Both the position numbers and the translations under genes were made by a program. A stretch of DNA of 23,819 nt from an uncultured Thermococci archaeon (lineage in GTDB: Archaea; Methanobacteriota_B; Thermococci; Thermococcales; Thermococcaceae): assembly GCA_964487115.1 (NCBI GenBank), contig CAZAPD010000088.1, forward strand, positions 1-23,819, read 5' to 3'. Positions within the stretch are counted from its first letter, which is position 1; every line of letters starts with the position of its first letter. The notes beneath the pieces are model-generated. The model was not told where the DNA came from and searched no databases. It was given only the letters and a program-made list of their open reading frames with translations. This document shows positions 7,971 to 16,646 of this stretch, one piece after another.

Positions 7971-10196
7971 ATGGTGGTCAAAGACTGTCCCGAGTGCCAT
8001 GGAACTGGTAAGGTTAGGAGTGGCGAGAAAGATTGTCCTGTTTGTAATGGATGGGGTTATGTACCTGCTGACTTCAAGCTTGATTCTCATCTTAAAGGCT
8101 ATCGTAATCTTGACTACCTCGGAGTTGAGGATGAGGTGGATGAAATTCCCTGTCCTGAGTGTCACGGTAAAGGGACTATTCCTGTATATGATACCTGCCC
8201 CACGTGTGGTGGGACTGGGAAGGTTCTTGCATGTGATATCTGTGGTAGAATAAAAGAGCCATGGGAACCGGGTATGGAGACGACATGGGTTTGTCCGGAG
8301 TGTGAGAGGAAGTATAAACTTGTTTATATCCTTGACAAGACGTGCGATTATGAGGATATTGAAGTTGGCAATGTGTATCTTGGCTCTATTGAAAGGGTTG
8401 AACGTTTTGGAGTCTTTGTAAAGCTTAATCCACATGTTACCGGACTGATAAAGCGGAAGGATCTCCTTGGAGGTAAGGATTACATTCCGGGTCAGGAGAT
8501 TCTCGTTCAGGTTCTCGATGTCAGACCTGACAAAAGAGAAGTAGACCTCGTTGAGTCTGCAATGAGGCACTACAAGACAATAACAGTTAGGAAGGAGCTT
8601 CCGGTTACCCCCTTAGGAGAACTCAGGAAGGATATGGCCGGAAAGACTGTCAGACTTAGAGGCAGGGTTATTCAGATTCAGGTAACAGGCGGTCCTACGG
8701 TATTTACCCTCACTGATGGAACGGGGATCACATGGGCCGCAGGTTTTGAGGCTCCCGGTGTTAGGGCTTACCCAAGCATAAATGTAGGGGACATTGTTGA
8801 GGTCATAGGAAAAGTTTCGTTCCATGCGGGAGAAATTCAGATTGAAGTAAGTGACATGTCGAGGCTCTGGGGGCCTGAGGCTGCTGAAGTTAAAAAGCAG
8901 ATAGAGGAGGAACTTGATAGAAAAGCTCAGCCCAGGGATGTGGGCTTTCTTGTGCAGAGCGAGATTCTTGAAAAGCTGAAGCCAAAAATAATGGAGGCGG
9001 CTTTCGTCATAAGGAGAGCAATTTACGAAGGCAGGCCGATTCTTCTGAGGCATCATGCTGATGCTGATGGCTACACTTCTGGATTGGCCCTTGAGAGTGC
9101 TATAATCCCCCTTATGGAAGAGGTATCGCCGGATCCCGATGCAAAGTGGCACCTATTTAAGAGAAGACCGTCGAGAGCACCCTTTTATGAGCTGGAAGAC
9201 GTTCTTAAGGATATAATCTTCATGGTTGAAGACAGCGAGAAGTTTGGAGAGCCGTTTCCCCTCATAGTTATAGTCGACAACGGGGGGACCAGTGAAGATA
9301 TTCCTGCCTACAAGAGACTGAAGGCTTATGGCGTTCCAATTGTTGTCATAGATCACCACGACCCGCGCGAGTGGGTTAGCGAGAATAGAGCTAAAGTTGA
9401 TGAATACATTGACGTCCATGTCAACCCGCACCACATAAAGCGCGGTTACTATGAGCTCACAGCGGGAATGCTGGCAACAGAAGTTGCGAGGTTCATCAAC
9501 CCAGAGGTGGAGGACAGGATAAAACACCTCCCTGCCATAGCTGGGACCGGTGACAGGAGTAAAGCTCCAGAGTTCTACCAGTACCTTGAGATAGCGAAGA
9601 AGGCGAAAGGCCTAACCGAAGAAGACCTGAAGAAGATAGCTGAGGTCATAGACCATGAGGCCTTCTACTGGAAGTTCATGGACGGGCATGGAATCATAGA
9701 CGAGATTTTGCTCCTCACGGGCAACCTCCAGAGGCACCGCGAGCTCATCAATGCCATCTATCCAGAGGTCAGGGAGAAGCAGGAGAAGGCCCTCAAAGCT
9801 TCCCTGCCCCACGTCAAAAGCGTCGTCCTGCCCAACGGGATAAGGTTCAACACGATAGACGTCGAGCTCTTCGCCCCGAAGTTCAGCTATCCATCCCCGG
9901 GCAAGCTCTCTGGCCTGATACACGACCACTTCAAGGAGAAGTACGGGGAGGATGCGCCGATACTTACCCTCGCCTACGGCCCAGACTTCGCGGTGGTCAG
10001 GGCGGCGGATGGAATGTCTGCCTACAGCTTCGACCTCAACGAGATAATACCCACACTCCAAGAGAAGCTGCCAAGCGCGGGCATAGAGGGCGGCGGCCAC
10101 AGCTACGCAGGTTCGATAAAGTTCTTCGAGGGCATGCGCAAGGAGGTGCTTGAGGAGTTCGCTAAGCAGGTGGTGAAGCTGAAGAAAATTTTATGA
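7971..10196 (+). CDS. han: RecJ-like DHH phosphoesterase with DnaJ-type Zn finger and S1/OB domains (HAN, Hef-associated nuclease type)
   Basis: Repeated CxxCxGxG motifs, S1 domain (FGVFVKL..HVTGLI), OB fold, HHADADG, VDNG, IDHH, DHHA1 GGGH; ATG at 7971 with a GAGGTGG RBS. Confidence 0.9.
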   Translation: MVVKDCPECHGTGKVRSGEKDCPVCNGWGYVPADFKLDSHLKGYRNLDYLGVEDEVDEIPCPECHGKGTIPVYDTCPTCGGTGKVLACDICGRIKEPWEPGMETTWVCPECERKYKLVYILDKTCDYEDIEVGNVYLGSIERVERFGVFVKLNPHVTGLIKRKDLLGGKDYIPGQEILVQVLDVRPDKREVDLVESAMRHYKTITVRKELPVTPLGELRKDMAGKTVRLRGRVIQIQVTGGPTVFTLTDGTGITWAAGFEAPGVRAYPSINVGDIVEVIGKVSFHAGEIQIEVSDMSRLWGPEAAEVKKQIEEELDRKAQPRDVGFLVQSEILEKLKPKIMEAAFVIRRAIYEGRPILLRHHADADGYTSGLALESAIIPLMEEVSPDPDAKWHLFKRRPSRAPFYELEDVLKDIIFMVEDSEKFGEPFPLIVIVDNGGTSEDIPAYKRLKAYGVPIVVIDHHDPREWVSENRAKVDEYIDVHVNPHHIKRGYYELTAGMLATEVARFINPEVEDRIKHLPAIAGTGDRSKAPEFYQYLEIAKKAKGLTEEDLKKIAEVIDHEAFYWKFMDGHGIIDEILLLTGNLQRHRELINAIYPEVREKQEKALKASLPHVKSVVLPNGIRFNTIDVELFAPKFSYPSPGKLSGLIHDHFKEKYGEDAPILTLAYGPDFAVVRAADGMSAYSFDLNEIIPTLQEKLPSAGIEGGGHSYAGSIKFFEGMRKEVLEEFAKQVVKLKKIL

Positions 10197-10313
10197 AATT
10201 GTACCTCTGCATTAAATTGACCTACGCGAGGGATTTATAATCCAAATAAAGAACCGATCACACTTAATATATGGGCCATCAAGGTCATGCTGAAGAAAAT
10301 TTTGTGAAATTGT
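10178..10313 (+). repeat. 25-bp direct repeat duplicating the 3' end of the HAN gene
   Basis: GCTGAAGAAAATTTTATGAAATTGT (10178-10202) vs GCTGAAGAAAATTTTGTGAAATTGT (10289-10313), 24/25 identical, each followed by (T)ACCT. Confidence 0.9.
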
Positions 10314-10385
10314 TACCTTTAATTACCTTTAATGAGAACCTTAATCCTTTTATATTATTCAGTTAATTTTTCTTTGGTGATGCCA

Positions 10386-10601
10386 ATGTATCTCGCTGAA
10401 TTCAAACTTAGGTATGGAAATATGAAATGGTATGTCAGGAGGATCGTTGAGGCTTCTTCGCTTGAGGAGGCTAAGGAATTAGCTGACCGGTATGCAAAAG
10501 CCATGAATAGGGGAGAAGTCACATGGACAGTTAGCTACGTTATAGAGGCAAATAGACCATTGATTATCGGCAAAGAAGAGCTTGAGAAGCTTTGTACTTG
10601 A
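10386..10601 (+). CDS. Small hypothetical protein (~71 aa)
   Basis: MYLAEFKLRYGNMKWYVRRIVEASSLEEAKELADRYAK...; GGTGA RBS at 10376-10380; T-tract after the stop. Confidence 0.7.
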   Translation: MYLAEFKLRYGNMKWYVRRIVEASSLEEAKELADRYAKAMNRGEVTWTVSYVIEANRPLIIGKEELEKLCT

Positions 10602-10633
10602 TTTTTAATTTTGAAATATAGTAGGAAAGAAAT

Positions 10634-11815
10634 TCAGTACTCTTTTATGAAGGTCATTAAAATCATAGCTGCCGTGCTCATTCCGGCTGCATAGATGAAT
10701 GAGTAGCTTATGCTGTATGTCTGCCATAACCATCCCGCTATAAGCGATGCAGGGAACACAAAAACTCCGAAAACCGTGTGATAAGCACCTATTACCGTTC
10801 CCTTCTCAAATTCCCTTGCAAGATCTGCCATATATGCCCTTGGGATGGTGTCTTCTATTGCTATATACAAGCCGTAGAGAATGAAGGCTGCCATAAGTGT
10901 TATCAGGTCTCTGGCATAGGCAAAACTGAGAGCGGCAAGTGTTGCTATTCCAAATCCAAGGGTTATCATCCTTTTTTTTCCGAATCTGTCGGAGTATAGG
11001 CCGAAAGGATATGCTGAGAGTGCGTAAATTGCGTTGAAAAGGGCGTAAAAGCCGATGCTTTGAACAATTGAGTAGCCTAAGGTCTGGGCTTTCCATATTG
11101 TGAATGCATAGCTATACCGTCCCAGAGCTCCGAGAGCTACGACAAAGAGGAAGAGCCGCAGATTTCTATCCTTTAGGGCTGAGATATCCTTAATTTTCTT
11201 TTTCACTTCCTGTCCCCGATCCCTGACGAAGAGGATTATAACGAAGAGTGACAGAAGTCCCGGAACTGCCGAGAGAAGGAATATATACCGGTATTTCCTC
11301 TGCATGGGGATGTTTTTGAGAAGTTCCAAGAGAGCTATGGCAAGCAGGGGGCCTGCAACCGCTCCGAGAGTGTCCATCATCCTGTGGAAACCAAACGCTT
11401 TTCCCGTCTTGCCTTTTTCAGTGGACTCTGCTATTAGGGCGTCTCTCGGTGCTGTTCTTATTCCCTTCCCTATTCTGTCGAGGATTCTCAATCCAAGAAA
11501 ATCCCACCAGAAGTGGGTAAATGCCAGACCTGCCTTTGACACCATTGAGAGCGTGTATCCAATCAGCACAAACGCCTTTCTCTTTCTGAATCTGTCGCTC
11601 ACATATCCAAAAGCGACCTTAAACAGGGAGCTGAGACTTTCAATTGCACCCATAATTGAACCGCTAAGAAGCTTTCCAGTGCCGAGAACATCCCTTAGGT
11701 AACCCGGCATGACAGGCATTATCATCTCACTGCTCATATCATTTAGAAAGCTAACTATACCGAGCAAAAATACATTCCAGCTTATCCCGAAAATTTTGCG
11801 GCTTCTCTCATTCAT
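10634..11815 (-). CDS. MFS transporter
   Basis: 12 TM; SFLNDMSSEM, GYVSDRFRKRK, RIGKGIRTAPRDALI, GKAFGFHRMMDTLGA, SDRFGKK; ATG at 11815 with a GGTGA RBS. Confidence 0.92.
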   Translation of the reverse strand: MNERSRKIFGISWNVFLLGIVSFLNDMSSEMIMPVMPGYLRDVLGTGKLLSGSIMGAIESLSSLFKVAFGYVSDRFRKRKAFVLIGYTLSMVSKAGLAFTHFWWDFLGLRILDRIGKGIRTAPRDALIAESTEKGKTGKAFGFHRMMDTLGAVAGPLLAIALLELLKNIPMQRKYRYIFLLSAVPGLLSLFVIILFVRDRGQEVKKKIKDISALKDRNLRLFLFVVALGALGRYSYAFTIWKAQTLGYSIVQSIGFYALFNAIYALSAYPFGLYSDRFGKKRMITLGFGIATLAALSFAYARDLITLMAAFILYGLYIAIEDTIPRAYMADLAREFEKGTVIGAYHTVFGVFVFPASLIAGWLWQTYSISYSFIYAAGMSTAAMILMTFIKEY

Positions 11816-12116
11816 CCCAATCACCTAAAAGCTCTTTGCAGAGTTCTTCAACTTTTTTCTTGCCTTCTTCCAGTGCATTCCTGCCTTTTTCTGTTATTTC
11901 GTAGATTCTAACTCTCTTCCCATTTTTTATCTCCCAGCGGCTCTTCAGCATGTTCTTTTCCTCCATTTCATGCAGCAGGGGGTATATTGTGCCCGGACTT
12001 ATGTTGTAGCCGTGCTTTCTGAGTTCTTCCATCATAAAAGTACCTGTTATCGGATTTTTTGCGGCATGGTGAAGAGTGTGGAGCATCAGGAATTCGCGAT
12101 ATTTCATATCGAACAC
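11808..12116 (-). CDS. PadR family transcriptional regulator
   Basis: GTFMMEELRKHGYNISPGTIYPLLHEMEEKNML...RVRIYEITEKGR winged HTH; overlaps the MFS start; start at GTG 12116 or ATG 12107. Confidence 0.9.
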   Translation of the reverse strand: MFDMKYREFLMLHTLHHAAKNPITGTFMMEELRKHGYNISPGTIYPLLHEMEEKNMLKSRWEIKNGKRVRIYEITEKGRNALEEGKKKVEELCKELLGDWDE

Positions 12117-12148
12117 CGATATCGAAATTCGATATTAGGGTATAAAAA
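12106..12148 (-). promoter_or_regulatory. TATA box plus tandem palindromic operator (probable PadR autoregulatory site)
   Basis: ATATCG-AACAC-CGATAT (12106-12122) overlapping ATATCG-AAATT-CGATAT (12119-12135); minus-strand TTTTTATA at 12148-12141. Confidence 0.75.
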
Positions 12149-12177
12149 CCTTGTGCATTAAGATAAAAATACAAAAA

Positions 12178-12564
12178 TCACTCCAAGACGTGTTTCTCAA
12201 GGACATAGCAATAAAACTTTCCTTCAAAGACCTTTTCCTTCTTTTGGTTGAACACATCAACCCACACGATTTTCTTCTTTTCTGACTCTTCTCGAAGTTC
12301 TCCTCTGGCCAGAAGCTCTTCTCCTACTCTGACAGGTTTAAGGAATTTAACTTCAGCTTTTGCAAGAACGACTGTGGGTTCGTTCACGGCCAGCATTGCC
12401 GCATAGTCGGCCAGTCCGAAGGTAAAACCACCATGTACGAGCCCATATTCGTCGACTGCCATCTCTTCTTTCGTTTTTAATTTGACCTCGGCATACCCTT
12501 TCTCGATCTTTACAGGTTCTCCCACAATTTCCTTTGAGGTTAGTCTGTGTGTTTTCTGCTCCAT
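12178..12564 (-). CDS. PaaI family hotdog-fold thioesterase
   Basis: MAVDEYGLVHGGFTFGLADYAAM, KFLKPV motifs. Confidence 0.88.
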   Translation of the reverse strand: MEQKTHRLTSKEIVGEPVKIEKGYAEVKLKTKEEMAVDEYGLVHGGFTFGLADYAAMLAVNEPTVVLAKAEVKFLKPVRVGEELLARGELREESEKKKIVWVDVFNQKKEKVFEGKFYCYVLEKHVLE

Positions 12565-12662
12565 CTCAAACCACCGGGAATAGATATGTCCATTGGAGAT
12601 ATAAACATTTACATTATGGTAAAACTTTTAAACCTTCTTTCAAACTCCCAGTGGTGAGGGAG

Positions 12663-13301
12663 ATGGTGTATTTTGAACATACTCCCGATTACGGTGCTTA
12701 CCTCCTCATGCTGTTCCTGTATTATGTTGGGGCAATTGCCCTCATACTGTATGGAGCATACATAAACAGGAAATTTCTGTTAAAGAAGAAGTTCGTTTGG
12801 GTTGATATGAAGCCCGGACTGGTGCCTTTTCTGAAGAAGTTTCTCCCGTGGCTTTTGATAGCTCTACTGATATGGTCATTTGCAACATTCAAGCTAACTG
12901 ACTATTACCTCTCTTCCTATTCTTTCACATTCAGCGGCACTCACCTGACTGGAGAGGGTGTGATTGATGATCTGGCCGGCAATCGGAGATACACTTTCGA
13001 TATCGATGAACTTAGGAGCTTTGGCGTTCCTTCTTTTGGACTGCTGAAGGGTTATAAACTTGAGGCATCAGAGAAAGAGGGGCTGTTTATAAAAAATGTC
13101 AATCAAATCGTTGTGATTCAGGGCTATCCATTTTTGCCCGTTGTGAAACTCTATATCTATGAGGTGAAAGAGAACAAGATTGTGAATATGCATACGGCAT
13201 ATATGTATTTTCCAAGATCCCCATCAGACAGACTTAGGCAGATATTTGACTTTCCCTTTGCTCTGTTCTACTGGAGTGGGGGAGGAGGGCCTGGAGCTTA
13301 G
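12663..13301 (+). CDS. Hypothetical membrane protein (2 N-terminal TM segments + soluble domain)
   Basis: ATG at 12663 with a GGTGAGGGAG RBS and an AAAAC-TTTTAAA TATA at ~12621-12632; two hydrophobic helices. Confidence 0.72.
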   Translation: MVYFEHTPDYGAYLLMLFLYYVGAIALILYGAYINRKFLLKKKFVWVDMKPGLVPFLKKFLPWLLIALLIWSFATFKLTDYYLSSYSFTFSGTHLTGEGVIDDLAGNRRYTFDIDELRSFGVPSFGLLKGYKLEASEKEGLFIKNVNQIVVIQGYPFLPVVKLYIYEVKENKIVNMHTAYMYFPRSPSDRLRQIFDFPFALFYWSGGGGPGA

Positions 13302-13346
13302 TAAAGCTTTTTTATTTCCTTTGCCCAATTTTGTTTGGTGAGTTTG

Positions 13347-13745
13347 GTGAAATCCCTGAGAAATGCAATTCTATACAAAGGGTCAAATGAATTTAACAAA
13401 CAGGAGCTTATAGGCATATTGGTTTTTACCCTTAAGCTTATGGATGTTAAATCAGCCAAAGAGCTCATTGAAAGAGGTATTAAAAGTGGGGTGATAGTGG
13501 AGAAGGACGGAACCTTGATAATCAACGAAGAGCTTTTAGAAAATGAGGAGAAAAAAGAATGTCTGAGAGATGAAATGGCATCTTATATAGCTAAAATGCT
13601 TGGATGGAGTAAAGAAGATGTTGTTGAGGAGGCGGAGAAGCTGAAAGATAGGTACGGAGACCTTGATGAAAAGATACTGGTTTACCTGTTTGGCATGGAT
13701 AAAGGAGTTGACATGTCCCGGTTTAAAGACAAGCTGGAGGTGTGA
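13347..13745 (+). CDS. DUF2240 family protein
   Basis: AILYKGSNEF...ELIGILVFTLKLMDVKSAKELI...YGDLD...DKGVD pattern; GTG at 13347 after a GGTGA RBS. Confidence 0.72.
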   Translation: MKSLRNAILYKGSNEFNKQELIGILVFTLKLMDVKSAKELIERGIKSGVIVEKDGTLIINEELLENEEKKECLRDEMASYIAKMLGWSKEDVVEEAEKLKDRYGDLDEKILVYLFGMDKGVDMSRFKDKLEV

Positions 13746-13747
13746 AT

Positions 13748-14293
13748 ATGGAAGCTCTGATAGTTGTCGACATGCAGCGTGATTTTATGCCCGGCGGAGC
13801 CTTGCCCGTGCCTGAGGGGGATAAGATAATTTCCAAGTGTAATGAATACATCAAGAAATTTAAGGAACGAGGAGCGCTTATAGTGGCTACAAGAGACTGG
13901 CACCCGGAGAATCATGTAAGTTTCAGAGAACAGGGAGGCCCATGGCCGAAACATTGTGTTCAGAATACTCCTGGAGCGGAATTCGTTGTGAATCTACCAA
14001 GAGATGCCATCATTGTTTCGAAAGCTAACAGGGAGGACATGGAAGCATATTCGGGATTTGAAGGTACAAATCTGGCGGAAATTCTAAGGGATAAAGGGGT
14101 GAAGAAGGTCTACATCTGTGGAGTTGCTACTGAGTACTGTGTAAAGGCAACTGCACTTGATGCAATAAAACATGGTTTTGAAGTTTACCTTCTCGGCGAT
14201 GCTATAAAGGGAATAACGCCTGAGGACGAGAAAAAAGCCCTCAGAGAGCTTAAAGAGAGCGGTGTCAGGCTGTTGAAGTCTGGGTTTTTGTAA
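13748..14293 (+). CDS. pncA: Nicotinamidase/pyrazinamidase (isochorismatase family)
   Basis: ALIVVDMQRDF.PGGALPV, TRDWHP, WPKHCVQ, K, YSGF, GVATEYCV catalytic motifs; GGAGGTG RBS. Confidence 0.92.
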   Translation: MEALIVVDMQRDFMPGGALPVPEGDKIISKCNEYIKKFKERGALIVATRDWHPENHVSFREQGGPWPKHCVQNTPGAEFVVNLPRDAIIVSKANREDMEAYSGFEGTNLAEILRDKGVKKVYICGVATEYCVKATALDAIKHGFEVYLLGDAIKGITPEDEKKALRELKESGVRLLKSGFL

Positions 14294-15266
14294 TTTCTTT
14301 CCACTCCCTTAGCAGTGTTAGTGTGACATTCAGGACGATCGGGCCAATAAGTACTCCTTTCATACCGAACGCCCAGATTCCACCTACCATCCCAATAAAT
14401 ACTATCGTTTCATTAAGCTTAGCTTCTTTTGCAACCAGTAATGGTCGTATCGTATAATCTGGTAAGGGCGAAACCAGAACGGCCCCATAAATGGAGATTC
14501 CAACTGCTTTCCAGATAGCTCCTATTCTGTAGAGATATATTGCAGCGGCAACCCAGAACATCCAGCCCTCTAAGAGGGGGACAAAGCTGAATAAAATAGT
14601 TAGAATTCCAACTACAATTGCAGTGTAGATATCCGAAATCCCAAAGATTATAAAACCTAATGTCATCAGGAAGCCTTTGGCAATATTTAGAAGGAGCCAT
14701 GCTCGTATAAGGGCATGTAAGGTGATATCGATACTGTGTATGAGCTTCTCTCCAAGCTTCCTCTGTTTTGGGGGGAAGAGATTTTCAATACGTGCTTTTA
14801 TTTCCTTTGAATAATAGAGGGAATAGTATATTACAAAGAAAAAGACTATAAGCTGAAGCAGATATGAAGGGAGAGAGAATGCTTGGGCAGATATGTATCT
14901 TGATAAATTTGGCCCCAGCTGGTTAAAAAAGCTGTTTATGGCTTGAGAAATCCCGAACGGAAAGTAAAGACCTTTAATCCATTCTGTAAATGCAGAAAAA
15001 TCCCCATAAAATGATGTTATAAGTCTCCCAAAAATTAGTATCATTTCAACTGTTAGGGCTATTCCAATTATCAGCATTAATGATGTTATGAACAGAGCAG
15101 AGTTCTTTACTCCTTTTCTTCTTGAGAGGGCCTTGTGAATTGGATATACTGCATATGCTATGATAATACCAAAAAAGATAGATGTCACTAAAGGCTCAAT
15201 GACCTTCCAGCTCACATATAAAACTATTCCAATGAATACTACCCACGCTATACTTTCAGCTTTCAT
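14265..15266 (-). CDS. AI-2E family transporter (UPF0118/PerM)
   Basis: Multi-TM; AYAVYP, SFVPLLEG, PDYTIRPLL, FIGMVGGIWAFGMKGVLIGP; ATG at 15266. Confidence 0.88.
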   Translation of the reverse strand: MKAESIAWVVFIGIVLYVSWKVIEPLVTSIFFGIIIAYAVYPIHKALSRRKGVKNSALFITSLMLIIGIALTVEMILIFGRLITSFYGDFSAFTEWIKGLYFPFGISQAINSFFNQLGPNLSRYISAQAFSLPSYLLQLIVFFFVIYYSLYYSKEIKARIENLFPPKQRKLGEKLIHSIDITLHALIRAWLLLNIAKGFLMTLGFIIFGISDIYTAIVVGILTILFSFVPLLEGWMFWVAAAIYLYRIGAIWKAVGISIYGAVLVSPLPDYTIRPLLVAKEAKLNETIVFIGMVGGIWAFGMKGVLIGPIVLNVTLTLLREWKEITKTQTSTA

Positions 15267-15306
15267 AACAACATATTTATTAATGGTCCAATTTATAAAA
15301 TTATAC

Positions 15307-15624
15307 ATGGAGGATAAACTCAAGAATCGGATATATGAATACCTAATGAAGGGAAATAAGTTTTTAGGCAAACATAAACTTGAATTAGCCTTTAAATCTT
15401 ATGTAAAAGGTCTTTATGTTGCCAGCACGTATCTTGTATACCGAGATACGGGAATGCTCCTTCCGCCTCATGATGCAATCAGGATACTGCAAAGCAGGTA
15501 TCCTGACGTCTATGATGTTGTTACATTTTACAGTAGGTTTCAAGGAGAAATTTCAGAGGTGATCTTGGGAAAGATAAAACGTGACTTGGAAGACATATGT
15601 GACAGCCTCATCTCAAAATTCTGA
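15307..15624 (+). CDS. Hypothetical helical protein (105 aa), possibly HEPN-like
   Basis: MEDKLKNRIYEYLMKG...; ATG at 15307 lies ~24 bp after TTTATTAA; the upstream ORF-track extension overlaps the AI-2E gene. Confidence 0.65.
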   Translation: MEDKLKNRIYEYLMKGNKFLGKHKLELAFKSYVKGLYVASTYLVYRDTGMLLPPHDAIRILQSRYPDVYDVVTFYSRFQGEISEVILGKIKRDLEDICDSLISKF

Positions 15625-15795
15625 TTATCTTTTTAAAATATCGATTTTAAGGTATAGTATGTCCAAATTAGTAATTTTATTAAAAAATATCATGTTGATA
15701 TATTATGATTTTTAAAATCTCAACAATAAATCAACAAAAATATGACCAAAAAATTAATACATTCTTCAAGAATTATCATAAACGTGGTGATTACC

Positions 15796-16641
15796 ATGAA
15801 GGTATTTGTCTCTGTAGATTTAGAAGGTCTACCGTTTATTGTCACAGGGGAACACCTCTTCGTTAAAGGAGCATTGTATTCAGAGGCAAGAAAAATTGCC
15901 ACAGAGATTACAGCGGTGGCAGCAGAATGCCTCCATGACAATGGCTTTGAGGAGGTTATTGTAGCAGACAGCCACGGGCCCATGGTAACCCTAATTCCGG
16001 AGGAGCTACCAGAATACACAACTCTCATTAGAGGATTTCCAAGACCTCTTGCAATGATAAGCGAAGCTAAAAGCTGTGACGCTGCCGTGTTCCTTGGATA
16101 CCATGCAAAAGCGGGAACTGCCCATGCCACATTTGACCATACCTACAGCAGCTCGTCCATAGATGAGGTTAGAATAAACGGTACGCCAGCCAGCGAATTT
16201 CTGTTAAATGCATATGCCTTGGGATACCACGATATTCCCGTAATACTTGTGGCGGGAGATGAAAAACTCCTCGAAGACGATGTCGAGAAATTTGCTCCCT
16301 GGATTGAGAGAGTTGTGTTCAAACGCTCTCTTTCAAGATTTTCAGCTGTAAGTCCGAGTATGAAGAAAATAAAGGACGATCTCAAACTCGGAATTTCCAA
16401 CGCCATTAAAAAGCTCGAAAATGGAGAAATAACCCCTTTAAAACTTGAGGATTCCGTGGAATTTATAGTTAGATTTCTGGGAAGTGAAATGGCCGATGTC
16501 GCTGAACTCTTGCCCTTTGTGGAGCGCTTAGATGGAAAGACCATCAAATACAACGCTGATAACATAATCGAGGGATATAAGATTTTTGAGCTGCTCGTAA
16601 TGGCGGCTCCACATCTTTATCCATACACAATGCTGAGGTGA
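15796..16641 (+). CDS. dppA: D-aminopeptidase, peptidase family M55 (DppA-like)
   Basis: MKVFVSVDLEG, DSHG, GYHAKAG, DHT, SE, GD metal and catalytic motifs; ATG at 15796 with a GGTGA RBS. Confidence 0.9.
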   Translation: MKVFVSVDLEGLPFIVTGEHLFVKGALYSEARKIATEITAVAAECLHDNGFEEVIVADSHGPMVTLIPEELPEYTTLIRGFPRPLAMISEAKSCDAAVFLGYHAKAGTAHATFDHTYSSSSIDEVRINGTPASEFLLNAYALGYHDIPVILVAGDEKLLEDDVEKFAPWIERVVFKRSLSRFSAVSPSMKKIKDDLKLGISNAIKKLENGEITPLKLEDSVEFIVRFLGSEMADVAELLPFVERLDGKTIKYNADNIIEGYKIFELLVMAAPHLYPYTMLR

Positions 16642-16646
16642 TTGAA

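Noticed and set aside
7887..10100. Antisense ORFs of 227, 179, 124 and 162 aa opposite han
   Set aside because: Mirror-frame shadows of a well-supported gene, with no motifs
10178..10332. Direct repeat as a mini-CRISPR
   Set aside because: Only two copies, an 86-bp spacer, overlap with a coding end, and no Thermococcales-type repeat ending or cas genes
15160..15371. Long overlapping 5' extensions of the AI-2E and hypothetical ORFs
   Set aside because: The mutual overlap disappears with the ATGs at 15266 and 15307, which have correctly spaced TATA boxes
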